A stretch of DNA of 64,000 bases from Candidatus Latescibacterota bacterium. Lineage in GTDB: Bacteria; Latescibacterota; UBA2968. Of this stretch, positions 10,901 to 19,243 are shown piece by piece. The number at the start of each line of letters is the position of its first letter. The first letter of the stretch is position 1. The position numbers and the translations under genes are program-made. A model generated the notes under the pieces. The model was not told the DNA's origin and made no database searches. It saw only the letters and a list, made by a program, of their open reading frames with translations. The DNA lies in NCBI GenBank assembly GCA_965204375.1, contig OZ241986.1, forward strand, positions 2,976,001-3,040,000, in the 5' to 3' direction.

Positions 10901-11360
10901 GGATGTTGAGACGAAAAAAAATATCGCTACCATTGAGACATCTACGAGTTTTTTCAATTCTGTCAATTCTGTGGCATTCTCGCCTGATGGTAGGATGCTC
11001 GCGTCGGGATCAGAGGATGGTACAGTCAAACTATGGAATGTTGAAACGCAAAGAGAAATTACCACTCTCAAGGGGCATCCGAATTGGGTTAATTCTGTGG
11101 CATTTTCTCCCGATGGCGGTACTCTTGCCAGTGGAGATGAGGATGGCCTGGTTCTGCTGTGGAAGACAGATTTGGCAACGCCCGACTTTAATGGTGATGA
11201 GCGTGTTGATTTTTCTGATTTTTTACTTTTTGCGGGACAGTTCGGGGTCAGTCAGGGCGATCAGGAGTATGACGCGAGGTACGATTTGGATGGGGATGGT
11301 GTGATTGGTTTTAGCGATTTTCTGATTTTTGTCAATGCCTTTGGCAAGAAAGGCTCATAA
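7932..11360 (+). CDS. Secreted metzincin-like peptidase + WD40 propellers + Ig-like (Big) domain + C-terminal dockerin/EF-hand
   Basis: HEIGHTLGMHH zinc motif followed by YIMSY Met-turn; about 14 GHTDWVNSVAFSPDG...LWD repeats; KISGDGQEG Ig-like segment; DFNGDERVDFSDF and DLDGDGVIGFSDF. Confidence 0.85.
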   Translation: MNHFIFLFKLFACLFALFCLTAIGHASPHPSTGHNRHICEVLDYKDMLERDSIYAATKHALNLNVGEPRTVRMIYFLPNDRPFRQEMVDSMKVAMRQIQTFYAEQMAVHGYGRKTFRFETDDRGEPVVHRLNGQHSDSHYLDNTFLTVLDEVEQAFDWEKNIYLTVIDYSIDVIGRGSSVAGEALLGGGFALVPDEFHWTTAAHEIGHTLGMHHDFRDGTYIMSYGPGENRLSMCHAEFLAVHPYFNTDSEYKDTPSPKIDLISPPTYPTGATNVTFQLKVSDPDGLHQVILFVGTESDVKACRGLSGERDAIVEFDYDGVIPSPDDPQGTGTSLSDLLIHPIYVEAVDSFGNVAQADFVLADVSTQQQYIATLTGHTNRVNSVAFSPDGTTLASGSNDRTVRLWNVATQREITTLTGHTDWVNSMAFSPDGKILASGSDDQTVRLWDVATQREITTLTGHIGWVNSVAFSPDGEILASGSNDRTVRLWNVATQREITTLTGHIGWVNSVAFSPDGKILASGSDDQTVKLWNVATQREITTLMEHLNVVSSVAFSPDGSTLASGAVSWEAVRLWDVATRTNTATLSEHTDWVNSVAFSPDGKTLASGSDDQTVKLWNVETGRNVATFFKHTGVVQSVAFSPDGSTLASGNEDGSVLLWDSSEVLLSYPTQLVKISGDGQEGVLGAALPNPLIVEVRGTYDQVLAGVQVMFTVTTGDGKLNVETTMTDATGRVESMLTLGSDPGTTIVEVTVPGLEPVIFVSAALAMADISTQHIVTFVGHTDNVNSVVFSPYGTILASGSLEGAVKLWDVETQENIATLEAYPVTSVAFSPDGTILASGSGDFSEFSPNSRSFFVPSSGNAIKLWDVETKKNIATIEVRTSPITSIAFSPDGTILASGSIKGKGIVALWDVETKKNIATIGENTSLLVTSIAFSPDGRMLASGSEDNTVVLWDVATRRSLATLEGHTVAFSPDGRMLASGSVLFGTVHLWDVETKKNIATIETSTSFFNSVNSVAFSPDGRMLASGSEDGTVKLWNVETQREITTLKGHPNWVNSVAFSPDGGTLASGDEDGLVLLWKTDLATPDFNGDERVDFSDFLLFAGQFGVSQGDQEYDARYDLDGDGVIGFSDFLIFVNAFGKKGS
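9045..9910 (+). repeat. Near-identical 126-bp WD40 coding repeats
   Basis: acgcaaagagaaattacgaccctta recurs at ~9156, 9282, 9408, 9534 (126-bp period). Confidence 0.9.
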
Positions 11361-11477
11361 CTTGCGCTTCGCCATTGAGCAACACATCAACAGTACGGTT
11401 AGAATTGCAAAATCGGTTGAGGTTTGCGATATTATCCAATACGCTGTGCAAAAAACCTTATAGTGTGGACAACTTAT

Positions 11478-13198
11478 CCTGAAAAATTCATAAAAAAGGT
11501 AGTTTCCTTATTCAAGTCATTGTATTATTATAGGTTATCACCATAACCATTAAACAATAGACTTGGAGGAAACTACCATGGGGTCACAAGATAAACATCG
11601 CAAGGTTCCTTTGGCAAGCATTTTCGGCAAACGTGTCAATATCGCCTTTGATGGGGGCATTCTCACCAGCGATAGCGGCGCGTTATTGCTTCGAGAAGTA
11701 GAGGCAAAATCTGGCATTTTAACACGCATGAGTGCTGCGATCAGGGATCGTCGGCATAAGAGTTATGTGAGGCACGCCGTCGCAGAGTTGGTCAAGCAAC
11801 GGGTGTTCCAGATAGCCTGTGGGTATGAAGATGGCAATGATTGTGATGCCTTACGCAGCGATCCGGGTATCAAGGCCGCCTGTGGTGTCTTGCCGCTTTC
11901 AGGTAAAGACTTGGGCAGTCAACCCACGATGAGCCGGTTTGAGAACCAGATCAGGCGAAGCGACTTGTATCGGATTGCCCGTGCCTTCCTCGATTGTTTT
12001 ATCGCTTCGTATAAAAAGCCGCCCGAGGCGATCATCTTAGATATTGATGATACACAGGATACGGTTTATGGGACCCAGCAGTTGTCCCTATTCAATGGCT
12101 ATTACAATGCCTACACCTATCAGCCCTTGCATATTTATGAGGGACAAACCGGTAAGTTGATCACTACGATATTGCGTCCCGGTATCCGTCCGACCGGCCA
12201 ACAGATAGTCGCCATTATCAAGCGTTTGGTGGCCTATCTGCGTCAGGCTTGGCCTGATGTGGCGATCATCTTGCGGGGTGATGCCCACTTTTCTTGTCCG
12301 CAAGTCCATCACCTTTGTGAGACTGATGACCTGTATTTTATCTTAGGACAGACCAGCAATGCCAAGCTTTGTGAGGCGGCACAACCCCTTATCGCGCAGG
12401 CCAAAAGGCTTTATGCACATACAAAGGAGGCCGTGCGTCTTTTTACCTCGTTTTCCTATCAGGCAAAGAGTTGGAACAAGGCACAACGCATCGTATGCAA
12501 GGTCGAAATCAGTGACCGAGGCCAAAACACACGCTTTGTCGTGACCAACCTGAAAAGTTCAATGGCGTCCTTTATCTATCAAAGCGTCTATTGTGCGCGC
12601 GGACAGATGGAAAACTTCATTAAAAATCACAAAACCTTTCTCCACTCTGACCGCACATCCTGTCACAGCTTTACTGCCAATCAGTTCCGCCTCTTTCTCC
12701 ATTCTGCCGCCTATGTCTTGATACAGACATTGGCGCAAATAGGATTCAATGGCACAAGGTGGATAAACGCGCAGGTCAATACCATTCAAAATCGCTTCCT
12801 CAAAGTCGCAGGACGCGTCTGTGAGTTGAAAACAAGGATCACCTTCCATCTGCCTGTGTCCTATCCTTTGCAACATCTGTATCATAAAATCCTACACAAT
12901 CTGAAAAGGGCAGGACCTTAACCCAAAACGCAGGAGGGCAGAGATGGCAAGCAGAAGGCAGACAACATCACTGGCGCACACCGCCTTGTGCTGGGCAAAG
13001 ACTCGGCAGGCAAGGGCAAGGGGGAACCTCTGCCCTTTTTGACTACCACAGGCACGCTCTACCAATGACATTGACCTGTCAGAACCCGGTAAAAACACAA
13101 TCGGGAGCAACAAAAACAGAAAAACACGGACAGAGGGCTTACAACATCGAAATGATGACATAAATAGACTATTCAAAAACTTTCATGAATTAGTCGGG
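11478..13198 (+). mobile_element. IS1380-family insertion sequence
   Basis: TIRs cctgaaaaattcataaaa / tttcatgaattagtcggg; 4-bp target duplication TTAT at 11474-11477 and 13199-13202. Confidence 0.9.
11578..12921 (+). CDS. IS1380-family transposase
   Basis: FDGGILTSDSGALLL, ILDIDDT, ILRGDAHF, YCARGQMENFIK motifs. Confidence 0.92.
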   Translation: MGSQDKHRKVPLASIFGKRVNIAFDGGILTSDSGALLLREVEAKSGILTRMSAAIRDRRHKSYVRHAVAELVKQRVFQIACGYEDGNDCDALRSDPGIKAACGVLPLSGKDLGSQPTMSRFENQIRRSDLYRIARAFLDCFIASYKKPPEAIILDIDDTQDTVYGTQQLSLFNGYYNAYTYQPLHIYEGQTGKLITTILRPGIRPTGQQIVAIIKRLVAYLRQAWPDVAIILRGDAHFSCPQVHHLCETDDLYFILGQTSNAKLCEAAQPLIAQAKRLYAHTKEAVRLFTSFSYQAKSWNKAQRIVCKVEISDRGQNTRFVVTNLKSSMASFIYQSVYCARGQMENFIKNHKTFLHSDRTSCHSFTANQFRLFLHSAAYVLIQTLAQIGFNGTRWINAQVNTIQNRFLKVAGRVCELKTRITFHLPVSYPLQHLYHKILHNLKRAGP

Positions 13199-13336
13199 TT
13201 ATGAAAACAACGCAAATGGAAATTTTAGAAAAGGCAATTAGCCCTTGACGGCTTATGAGTTGAAATTGGGGCAAATTAGACACGACTAAATTAACAATAA
13301 GGGCAAGGTCAGGCAACGTTAAGACCTCGCCCTTGT

Positions 13337-13405
13337 TTACATGTCACCCGATTCGAGTTTCTTATCAATCTCCTGTTCAGCATTACCAATTTCATCGGAT
13401 GTCAC
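13337..13405 (-). CDS. Putative 22-aa peptide (MTSDEIGNAEQEIDKKLESGDM)
   Basis: Strong SD AAGGAGGTGA 6 nt before GTG; followed by a hairpin at 13296-13337. Confidence 0.4.
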   Translation of the reverse strand: MTSDEIGNAEQEIDKKLESGDM

Positions 13406-13652
13406 AAGGCCTCACCTCCTTTTGAGTCATTATGGTAACTAATACCAATTACAAGAGTCTTAGAATGCTAATAAATATGGATTTATAGACAATAAATTAG
13501 TATATAGTTAATAAAAAGTTGCAAAAAGTCAAAGTAATTTTCTCGTTTTGCTGGCTTATAACCTGCGAAAAGGAAGGTAAGGGAACGATTAGCGGTCGAT
13601 CCCTTACCCAGACCAATCACCCGCCACCAAAACGAATGAAAGGGTATAAGAA

Positions 13653-14546
13653 ATGATGGATATATTTGAAATGTTTAAGAGGTTGAAAAGTCAAGAGGAT
13701 TGTATAAAGTATCTGGAAGATATACGATTTAAAGAGCAAGCATATTGTCCGCATTGTAACGGAACAAAGGTTGCTCGAAAGCGAGAAAATGACGTTGTAG
13801 GTCGCTGGAATTGCTATGAGTGCGGGAGTAGTTTCAATGTAATGTCGGGAACTATATTTCATAGAACGCGATACCCTTTAATGATCTGGTTCATTGGGAT
13901 AGCTTTAATGTTGCATTCAAAGAGTAGCCTATCAAGTAATGAAATGGCGGAGCATCTTAAAATCTCGCAAAAGGGAGCGTATAGAATGCAAATGAAGATA
14001 CGCAAGGAATTTATGAGCGAAGAAAAATCAACGAAATTGAACGGAATACTTGAAGCTGATGAAACGTATCTTGACATTAAAATAGGCAAGCCAAATAAAC
14101 AGGGTCGCGGAGCCAATAAGCTCAAGATACTTGGGGTTGTTGAACGAGGCGGTCAGGTAATCACAAAAGTAGTTGACGATGTTAAAGGCAAGACTATTAG
14201 AAAGTTCATAAGGGAATCAATTAGACCTGAAGGGTCGGTATTGATAACAGATAATTTCAAGTCTTACAGTAAGATGTATAAAATAGTGAGGCACGAAGTA
14301 ATAACAAGAAAAGGTAAAGTGTTCACAAATGGGATTCATACGAATACGATAGAGGGCTTTTGGTTCCACCTGAAAAAGTCGCTTTATGGAACGCATCATC
14401 ATTATAGCGAGAATAGAGCAAAGATGTATCTGGCAGAAGTTTGCTATAAATACAATCACAGATTTTACAGTACTGAAAAGACATTCCATCGTTTCCTATG
14501 CCATAGTTTGAGAGCTTACGAATTTATACCCAGATGGGATGTATAA
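13653..14546 (+). CDS. IS1595-family transposase
   Basis: Zn ribbon CPHC...CYEC, HTH, catalytic EADETY, LITD, HTNTIEGFW. Confidence 0.93.
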   Translation: MMDIFEMFKRLKSQEDCIKYLEDIRFKEQAYCPHCNGTKVARKRENDVVGRWNCYECGSSFNVMSGTIFHRTRYPLMIWFIGIALMLHSKSSLSSNEMAEHLKISQKGAYRMQMKIRKEFMSEEKSTKLNGILEADETYLDIKIGKPNKQGRGANKLKILGVVERGGQVITKVVDDVKGKTIRKFIRESIRPEGSVLITDNFKSYSKMYKIVRHEVITRKGKVFTNGIHTNTIEGFWFHLKKSLYGTHHHYSENRAKMYLAEVCYKYNHRFYSTEKTFHRFLCHSLRAYEFIPRWDV

Positions 14547-14621
14547 ATAACTTACAAACGCAATGGATAAGCCCGTAATAATGAGCAGTTAAGTGTAACT
14601 TAAAGAAAGGAGTAAATTATG

Positions 14622-14650
14622 TTGTGACGTAAGTAGAAATCCCGTATATT
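14622..14650 (+). promoter_or_regulatory. Putative sigma70 promoter
   Basis: TTGTGA-17 bp-TATATT, placing +1 at ~14657, the first base of a long inverted-repeat structure. Confidence 0.45.
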
Positions 14651-14656
14651 TTAGCC

Positions 14657-14800
14657 GTCAACAGTTTTTGCAGAACCCGCTACGTCGGGTATCTGCTGAA
14701 TAAAACAGCCACGAGACAAGTTGAGTTAAGGGTAGCTCCCGTGACTCGACTGGCGAATAAGCAGAACATTCCGCGTTTCTATTCTGCGAGAACTGTTGAC
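14657..14800 (+). ncRNA. Candidate structured ncRNA, family unassigned
   Basis: Closing stem gtcaacagtttttgcagaa / ttctgcgagaactgttgac (both mismatches are G-U); internal stems cccg..cggg, tctgct/agcaga, agttgagtta/tgactcgact. Confidence 0.45.
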
Positions 14801-14954
14801 AATGCCCGACTCCCATTTTACGGGTAGGGCAGAAAGTCAACGCGCAGTTATAGAAATGCGTTTTTATTTGTACAAAGTGATACGGAGTGATGGGTAAGAT
14901 CACCCCGTATCGAAACCCCTTCATCACAATCGAGTGTAGAAAGGATTTATCACA

Positions 14955-15518
14955 ATGTATCAGAATATACGTGAAGTTGCAAATGCTATTGATCAAGAGG
15001 TAATAACAGGTCAATACGCAATCGGGAATCTGCAAGAGATCAGAAAACAATTGAGAGGCTTGAGATGTCGAGCAGGGTCAACGATATTCAAATTCCCTCG
15101 TAATCAACCAGTTAGAGACTACGCCTATCATTGGGGCGGACGCAGGGAATGTCAATTCAATATCCAGTTCCACAACAAACTTGACGGAAACTATATTGAG
15201 TTTGGTCTTGCATTCTCGCTTGAAGATATGCGAGGATGCGATATAGTAGAAGAACTTGAACCAAGAATTTGCAGATTTAACGAGTTCACTAATGGCGCAA
15301 ACGGTGACTTCGGAAACTACCAACTTGCAGTAACATATCAGAACGGAGGATTTGAACCAAGAGACCGCGACCTAATCATCCCTGAAGAATGGGTAGAAGT
15401 AGGCAACTTTATACAGTTCTTCAATATGTATAAAGAACGCGCCAATCTCGCAGGAGTCCGCCACGTATTGAGCGAGTTTGATAGCCTGTTACCGTTGTAT
15501 GAATACACAATGCAATAA
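14955..15518 (+). CDS. Hypothetical passenger protein resembling N-terminal domains of restriction-type nucleases
   Basis: 187-aa ORF with SD; YAYHWGGRRECQFNI...FGLAFSLE...FDSLLPLYEY pattern recalled from nuclease-associated domains (not verified). Confidence 0.55.
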   Translation: MYQNIREVANAIDQEVITGQYAIGNLQEIRKQLRGLRCRAGSTIFKFPRNQPVRDYAYHWGGRRECQFNIQFHNKLDGNYIEFGLAFSLEDMRGCDIVEELEPRICRFNEFTNGANGDFGNYQLAVTYQNGGFEPRDRDLIIPEEWVEVGNFIQFFNMYKERANLAGVRHVLSEFDSLLPLYEYTMQ

Positions 15519-15790
15519 GTTACGCTAAAGAACGGTATTTCAAGCAGTTGGGATACCGTTCTGGCATTCTACTGTATAAAATTCCGCAATCAAGTCAAGC
15601 AAAATTAAGCAATAGGAGCAACCAAAATGGCAACTGCAATTGGAATCTTGCTTATCGTCTTTGCCTTTATAGTGTTAATCGTCACTATTCAAGGGATGAG
15701 AGACCCCAAATCGTACGGGAACAAAGATATGACGAGTTCCCAAATCTTGAAGACCAACTCAATAATAATTATTGTTCTGCTATCTGTAAG

Positions 15791-17189
15791 TGTTATGCTT
15801 CAGATAAAACTGGACTTTTGCGGATCTTTGATAAGCTATAAATTGGGCTCAGACAAAGGAGGAGTCCATGTCGAAGAAGCGTAAGCAATATACCCCTGAG
15901 GAGAAGGTGTCGATTTTGCGTCGTCATCTGTTAGATGGCGTACCCGTGTCAGATTTGTGCGATGCCCATGGGATTCACCCGACGATGTTCTACAAGTGGC
16001 AGAAGGTGTTTTTCGAGCAAGGTGCCTCAGCCTTTGCGCCAAAGCAGAGTGTGCACGAGAAACAGCAAGCCAAAAAGATTGCGGTCCTACAGGCCAAATT
16101 GACCACAAAGAACGAAGTGTTGTCAGAACTGATGGAAGAGCACATTTTTCTAAAAAAAAGTCTTGGGGAGACCTGAGTCCGCGCAAGGTATCGCGTGCCA
16201 TTCGCGATGCGGTGATTGATTTTGTCGTCCATTGGCACAAGCAAACTGGTATCTGCATCGGTCAGTTTTTATCCTTATTAGAGTTATCCAAAAGCACATA
16301 CTATGACTGGAAAGCCCGGTATGGTGTGCCCAATGTCTCTTATGCATCACTGCCCAAGACATCCTGGCTCTTAGACTGGGAGAAGCAAGCCATTATCACT
16401 TATGCCTTATCGCATCCCGACTTGGGGTATCGTCGTCTTTCGTATCAGATGATAGATGAAGATGTGGTCGCCGTTTCGCCCAGCAGCGTGTATCGCGTGC
16501 TCAAAAGGGCCGATTTGCTTGGTCGAACTTTAAAAGAGGTCTCAAAGAAGGGGACAGGATTTGACCAGCCAACAGGCGCACACCAGCATTGGCATGTGGA
16601 TGTATCCTATCTGAATATCTGCGGGACCTTCTACTACTTATGTGCCCTTTTAGATGGCTATAGTCGATACCTCGTCCATTTTGAGATCCGAGAAGCGATG
16701 CGAGAAGCAGATGTCGAGATCATTATTCAAAGAGGTAGAGAAAAGTTCCCGAAGGCTACACCGCGTATCATCTCGGATAACGGCCCGCAGTTTATCGCGC
16801 ACGCCTTCAAGTCCTTTATTAGACACTGCGGGATGACCCATGTGCGAACCTCGCCGTTTTATCCGCAATCCAATGGCAAGATCGAGCGGTGGCACCAGTC
16901 GCTCAAGCGCGAGTGCATTCGTCCCAAAACACCGACGAATTTGGAGGAGGCGCGAGAGGTCGTTGCCAGATTTGTCGCGCATTACAACCACAGGAGATAC
17001 CACGCCGGGATTGGGTATATCGCACCTGTTGATAAATTGTGTGGTCGAGCACCGATTATTGTTAAAGAACGAAAACGCAAGTTGGCGCAGGCAAAATGCC
17101 TGCGTGCCCAACTCAGAGCCGTCAAACCCGTTGCCTATTTGTAGCTTAACTATAACACGCAAAATTCCACTTTACTTTGAACCATTACA
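15791..17189 (+). mobile_element. IS3-family insertion sequence nested in the IS1595 element
   Basis: TG...CA ends; TIRs tgttatgcttcagataaaactggacttttgcg / cgcaaaattccactttactttgaaccattaca; TSD TAAG at 15787-15790 and 17190-17193. Confidence 0.93.
15868..17144 (+). CDS. IS3 transposase OrfA (15868-16176) / OrfB joined by -1 frameshift
   Basis: OrfA HTH (RKQYTPEEK); A8 slippery run 16152-16159; OrfB DDE motifs WHVDVSY, ISDNGPQF, SNGKIERWH. Confidence 0.92.
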
Positions 17190-17760
17190 TAAGTATATAC
17201 CTCTTCAATTCGCCTTACGATATGACGAAAGAAGTAGTTAATAATGAATCGGAACAAGCAGAACAACCAGAGTTTTCTTTTACTGTCAACGAATTTATCC
17301 GTAGATACAACCAAGCAACACAGAACTTTCCAGAAGATCAAGCTATCGAGAAAATGAGAGAGCCTATTATTGTTGAGGATAAATGGGAAATAGAAGGCGG
17401 ACTTCAATACCAACTAACAAAAGCCGATACAAAATCTTTGCTATATGTCACAACGAACGGAAACAATTTCGCAAGCTCCATCTACTATATGATATTTATA
17501 CCAAAGGATTCAGAGATTATGTCTATTCTGGCACACTTGATTTTTAGATTCTCAGCAACTATTATGGCAGTTGAAAATCCTGATATGTCACCAACAGAAA
17601 GGGGCAAGCGATTGAAAGAAATCGGATTTTTCAAAGCCATTGAAGAACAGAGCGAAATTGTCACGAGAAAAAACAATGTGGACTACAAAGTTGATCTATC
17701 AGTCGCGCTTGGTGCTGTAACCCTCTCAATAAAACCGAGCAAATGAAAGGATCAGGAACA

Positions 17761-18318
17761 ATGAAAATATTGACCATCGCGATAATAATCGCTATATCGT
17801 TTATCCGTGCCGAATGTGATATACTCCACAATGACGTGCTGTATTTCTCAGGCGAGCGAGTTGAGACGACAGAACGGGACAAGAAAGTATCCCGTGAGCC
17901 TCTCAAGGCGTATATGAAACAACGTCCTAACGGGCAAATATACGGCTACGTGACGGGAGTATCAGTTAGCAAGAGTAGGAGACATCTGTTGATACGTTGC
18001 GTAATCCGTAATAAGGATAGCCCGATAAGTCGGGTATTAGGCAGCCTATCGGTTGAGTATTACAACCCATCGAACGGCTACTACAAATCAGCGAGTTTAG
18101 ACTACATAGAATTCAAGACGTTCAACGTTGCTATTGATGATACGATAGCAGCGAATGAGACCAGAACATACGTATTCAAGCAATTCATAGATTTTCTGGA
18201 AGCGTCCAATAACTATGGCTTGCAAATGCTCTGGAATCGTCACAGGCTCACGAGTGATACAAGGTCATTCAGATGGACGTTTGAACCGTCATACGTCAGG
18301 CAATTTCGTAATCAGTAG
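17761..18318 (+). CDS. Hypothetical secreted passenger protein
   Basis: ORF with signal-peptide-like start MKILTIAIIIAISFIRA and AGGA SD. Confidence 0.6.
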   Translation: MKILTIAIIIAISFIRAECDILHNDVLYFSGERVETTERDKKVSREPLKAYMKQRPNGQIYGYVTGVSVSKSRRHLLIRCVIRNKDSPISRVLGSLSVEYYNPSNGYYKSASLDYIEFKTFNVAIDDTIAANETRTYVFKQFIDFLEASNNYGLQMLWNRHRLTSDTRSFRWTFEPSYVRQFRNQ

Positions 18319-18326
18319 AGCAGAAC

Positions 18327-18355
18327 TTGACAGACGTATCGACAGAGACTACCTT
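18327..18355 (+). promoter_or_regulatory. Putative sigma70 promoter
   Basis: TTGACA-17 bp-TACCTT upstream of the 18379 ORF. Confidence 0.5.
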
Positions 18356-18378
18356 TAATCACAAACAAGGAAAAGAAT

Positions 18379-18633
18379 ATGACAACAGCAGAGAGACTAA
18401 TAGAGCATAAATTAAAAGATGTTAGGTATGAATACAGTAAAGAGGACACGCAGAATAAAGCTGATTCTGAATTCTACTGGCGTATAAGATTTGGGAAGGA
18501 CAAGATAGCGAGATCAAATGAAACCTTCACAAATTTTAACAAGTGCAAAGATGACTTGATAGAATTCGTATCGAAGATAAAGGGTGACGAGAGAAAAATT
18601 ACAAGGGAAGATATAAAGTTTGTAAAAGGCTAA
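18379..18633 (+). CDS. YegP/DUF1508-like small protein
   Basis: EFYWRIRFGKDKIARSNETFTNFNKC resembles the DUF1508 consensus; SD AAGGA. Confidence 0.55.
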   Translation: MTTAERLIEHKLKDVRYEYSKEDTQNKADSEFYWRIRFGKDKIARSNETFTNFNKCKDDLIEFVSKIKGDERKITREDIKFVKG

Positions 18634-18864
18634 TCAAGGTATCTCAAGTGTTACCTCATTGCCGCTGGCAATAGTATAAGGATGATTCTTTTTAACCTGC
18701 TCTATCTTACTTTCTAAATCCTTATCAGTCACATTTCTACTCGCGTATCCAAAGTCATCAATATAGACAGGTTGCTTTACAATAAAGTCTCCGTTATACT
18801 TCTCCTCAACAATAATATCTGGTTGCCCTTCTCCTAATGATATGCGCCTAACTTCTTTTGACAT
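18634..18864 (-). CDS. Small hypothetical protein
   Basis: 76-aa ORF with SD TAAGGAG; convergent with the 18379 ORF. Confidence 0.55.
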   Translation of the reverse strand: MSKEVRRISLGEGQPDIIVEEKYNGDFIVKQPVYIDDFGYASRNVTDKDLESKIEQVKKNHPYTIASGNEVTLEIP

Positions 18865-19044
18865 AGCTAAATACTCCTTATGCTAATTAGTTAGCACTTT
18901 TTGAGCAAAATTTTTTCGGGTTTGCGTGAACCTCGTAAGCCGTCAAGGGCTAATTGCCTAAAAAATACCCCGTGACAGAAGGTGAATTTGACATCTGGGA
19001 AACAGAACAAATTTGGGGTGATCAATTTATACAGGGAACTAAAA

Positions 19045-19239
19045 ATGAAATTCGACCGCATAACATTTGATCCCAAAATGATGGGCGGACGCACATGTAT
19101 CCGAGGCATGCGTGTAACGGTTTCTCTTTTGGTCAATTTGGTTGCAAACCGCATGTCAACAGAAGAGATTCTTGAAGCTTATCCTTATCTCGAAGCTGAA
19201 GATGTTCAACAAGCACTTCAATTCGATACCTTGACGTAG
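19045..19239 (+). CDS. DUF433 antitoxin-like protein (orphan)
   Basis: RITFDPKMMGGRTCIRGMRVTV...EEILEAYPYLEAEDVQQAL; no PIN toxin downstream. Confidence 0.85.
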   Translation: MKFDRITFDPKMMGGRTCIRGMRVTVSLLVNLVANRMSTEEILEAYPYLEAEDVQQALQFDTLT

Positions 19240-19243
19240 ATTA

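Larger units (their letters stand above)
15627..17746 (+). pseudogene. Membrane-anchored hypothetical protein (~238 aa) interrupted by IS3
   Basis: Removing 15791-17193 (IS3 plus one TAAG) joins ...LLSVS to IYLFNSPYD... in frame; two N-terminal TM helices; SD AGGAG. Confidence 0.85.
13233..18958 (+). mobile_element. Large IS1595-family element with passenger genes (transporter IS)
   Basis: 27-bp TIR ggcaattagcccttgacggcttatgag (13233-13259) and ctcgtaagccgtcaagggctaattgcc (18932-18958), 26/27 identical; visibly AT-rich interior; IS1595 transposase near the left end. Confidence 0.85.

Noticed and set aside
9045-11160. Regular 126-bp repeats (and the 66-bp repeats at 2000-3570) as a CRISPR or non-coding array
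   Set aside because: They are in-frame WD40 and LRR coding repeats.
14606-14627. SD followed by ATG TTG TGA minigene
   Set aside because: Two codons only and overlaps the predicted -35 box; cannot be distinguished from chance or a remnant.
14657-14800. HEARO/omegaRNA identity suggested by GTCAAC...GTTGAC ends
   Set aside because: No IscB/TnpB/HNH gene adjacent and no further recognisable motif; left as an unassigned structured RNA.
13226-18965. Target-site duplication of the IS1595 element (tagaaaa / taaaaaa)
   Set aside because: Imperfect and low-complexity; not accepted as a TSD.
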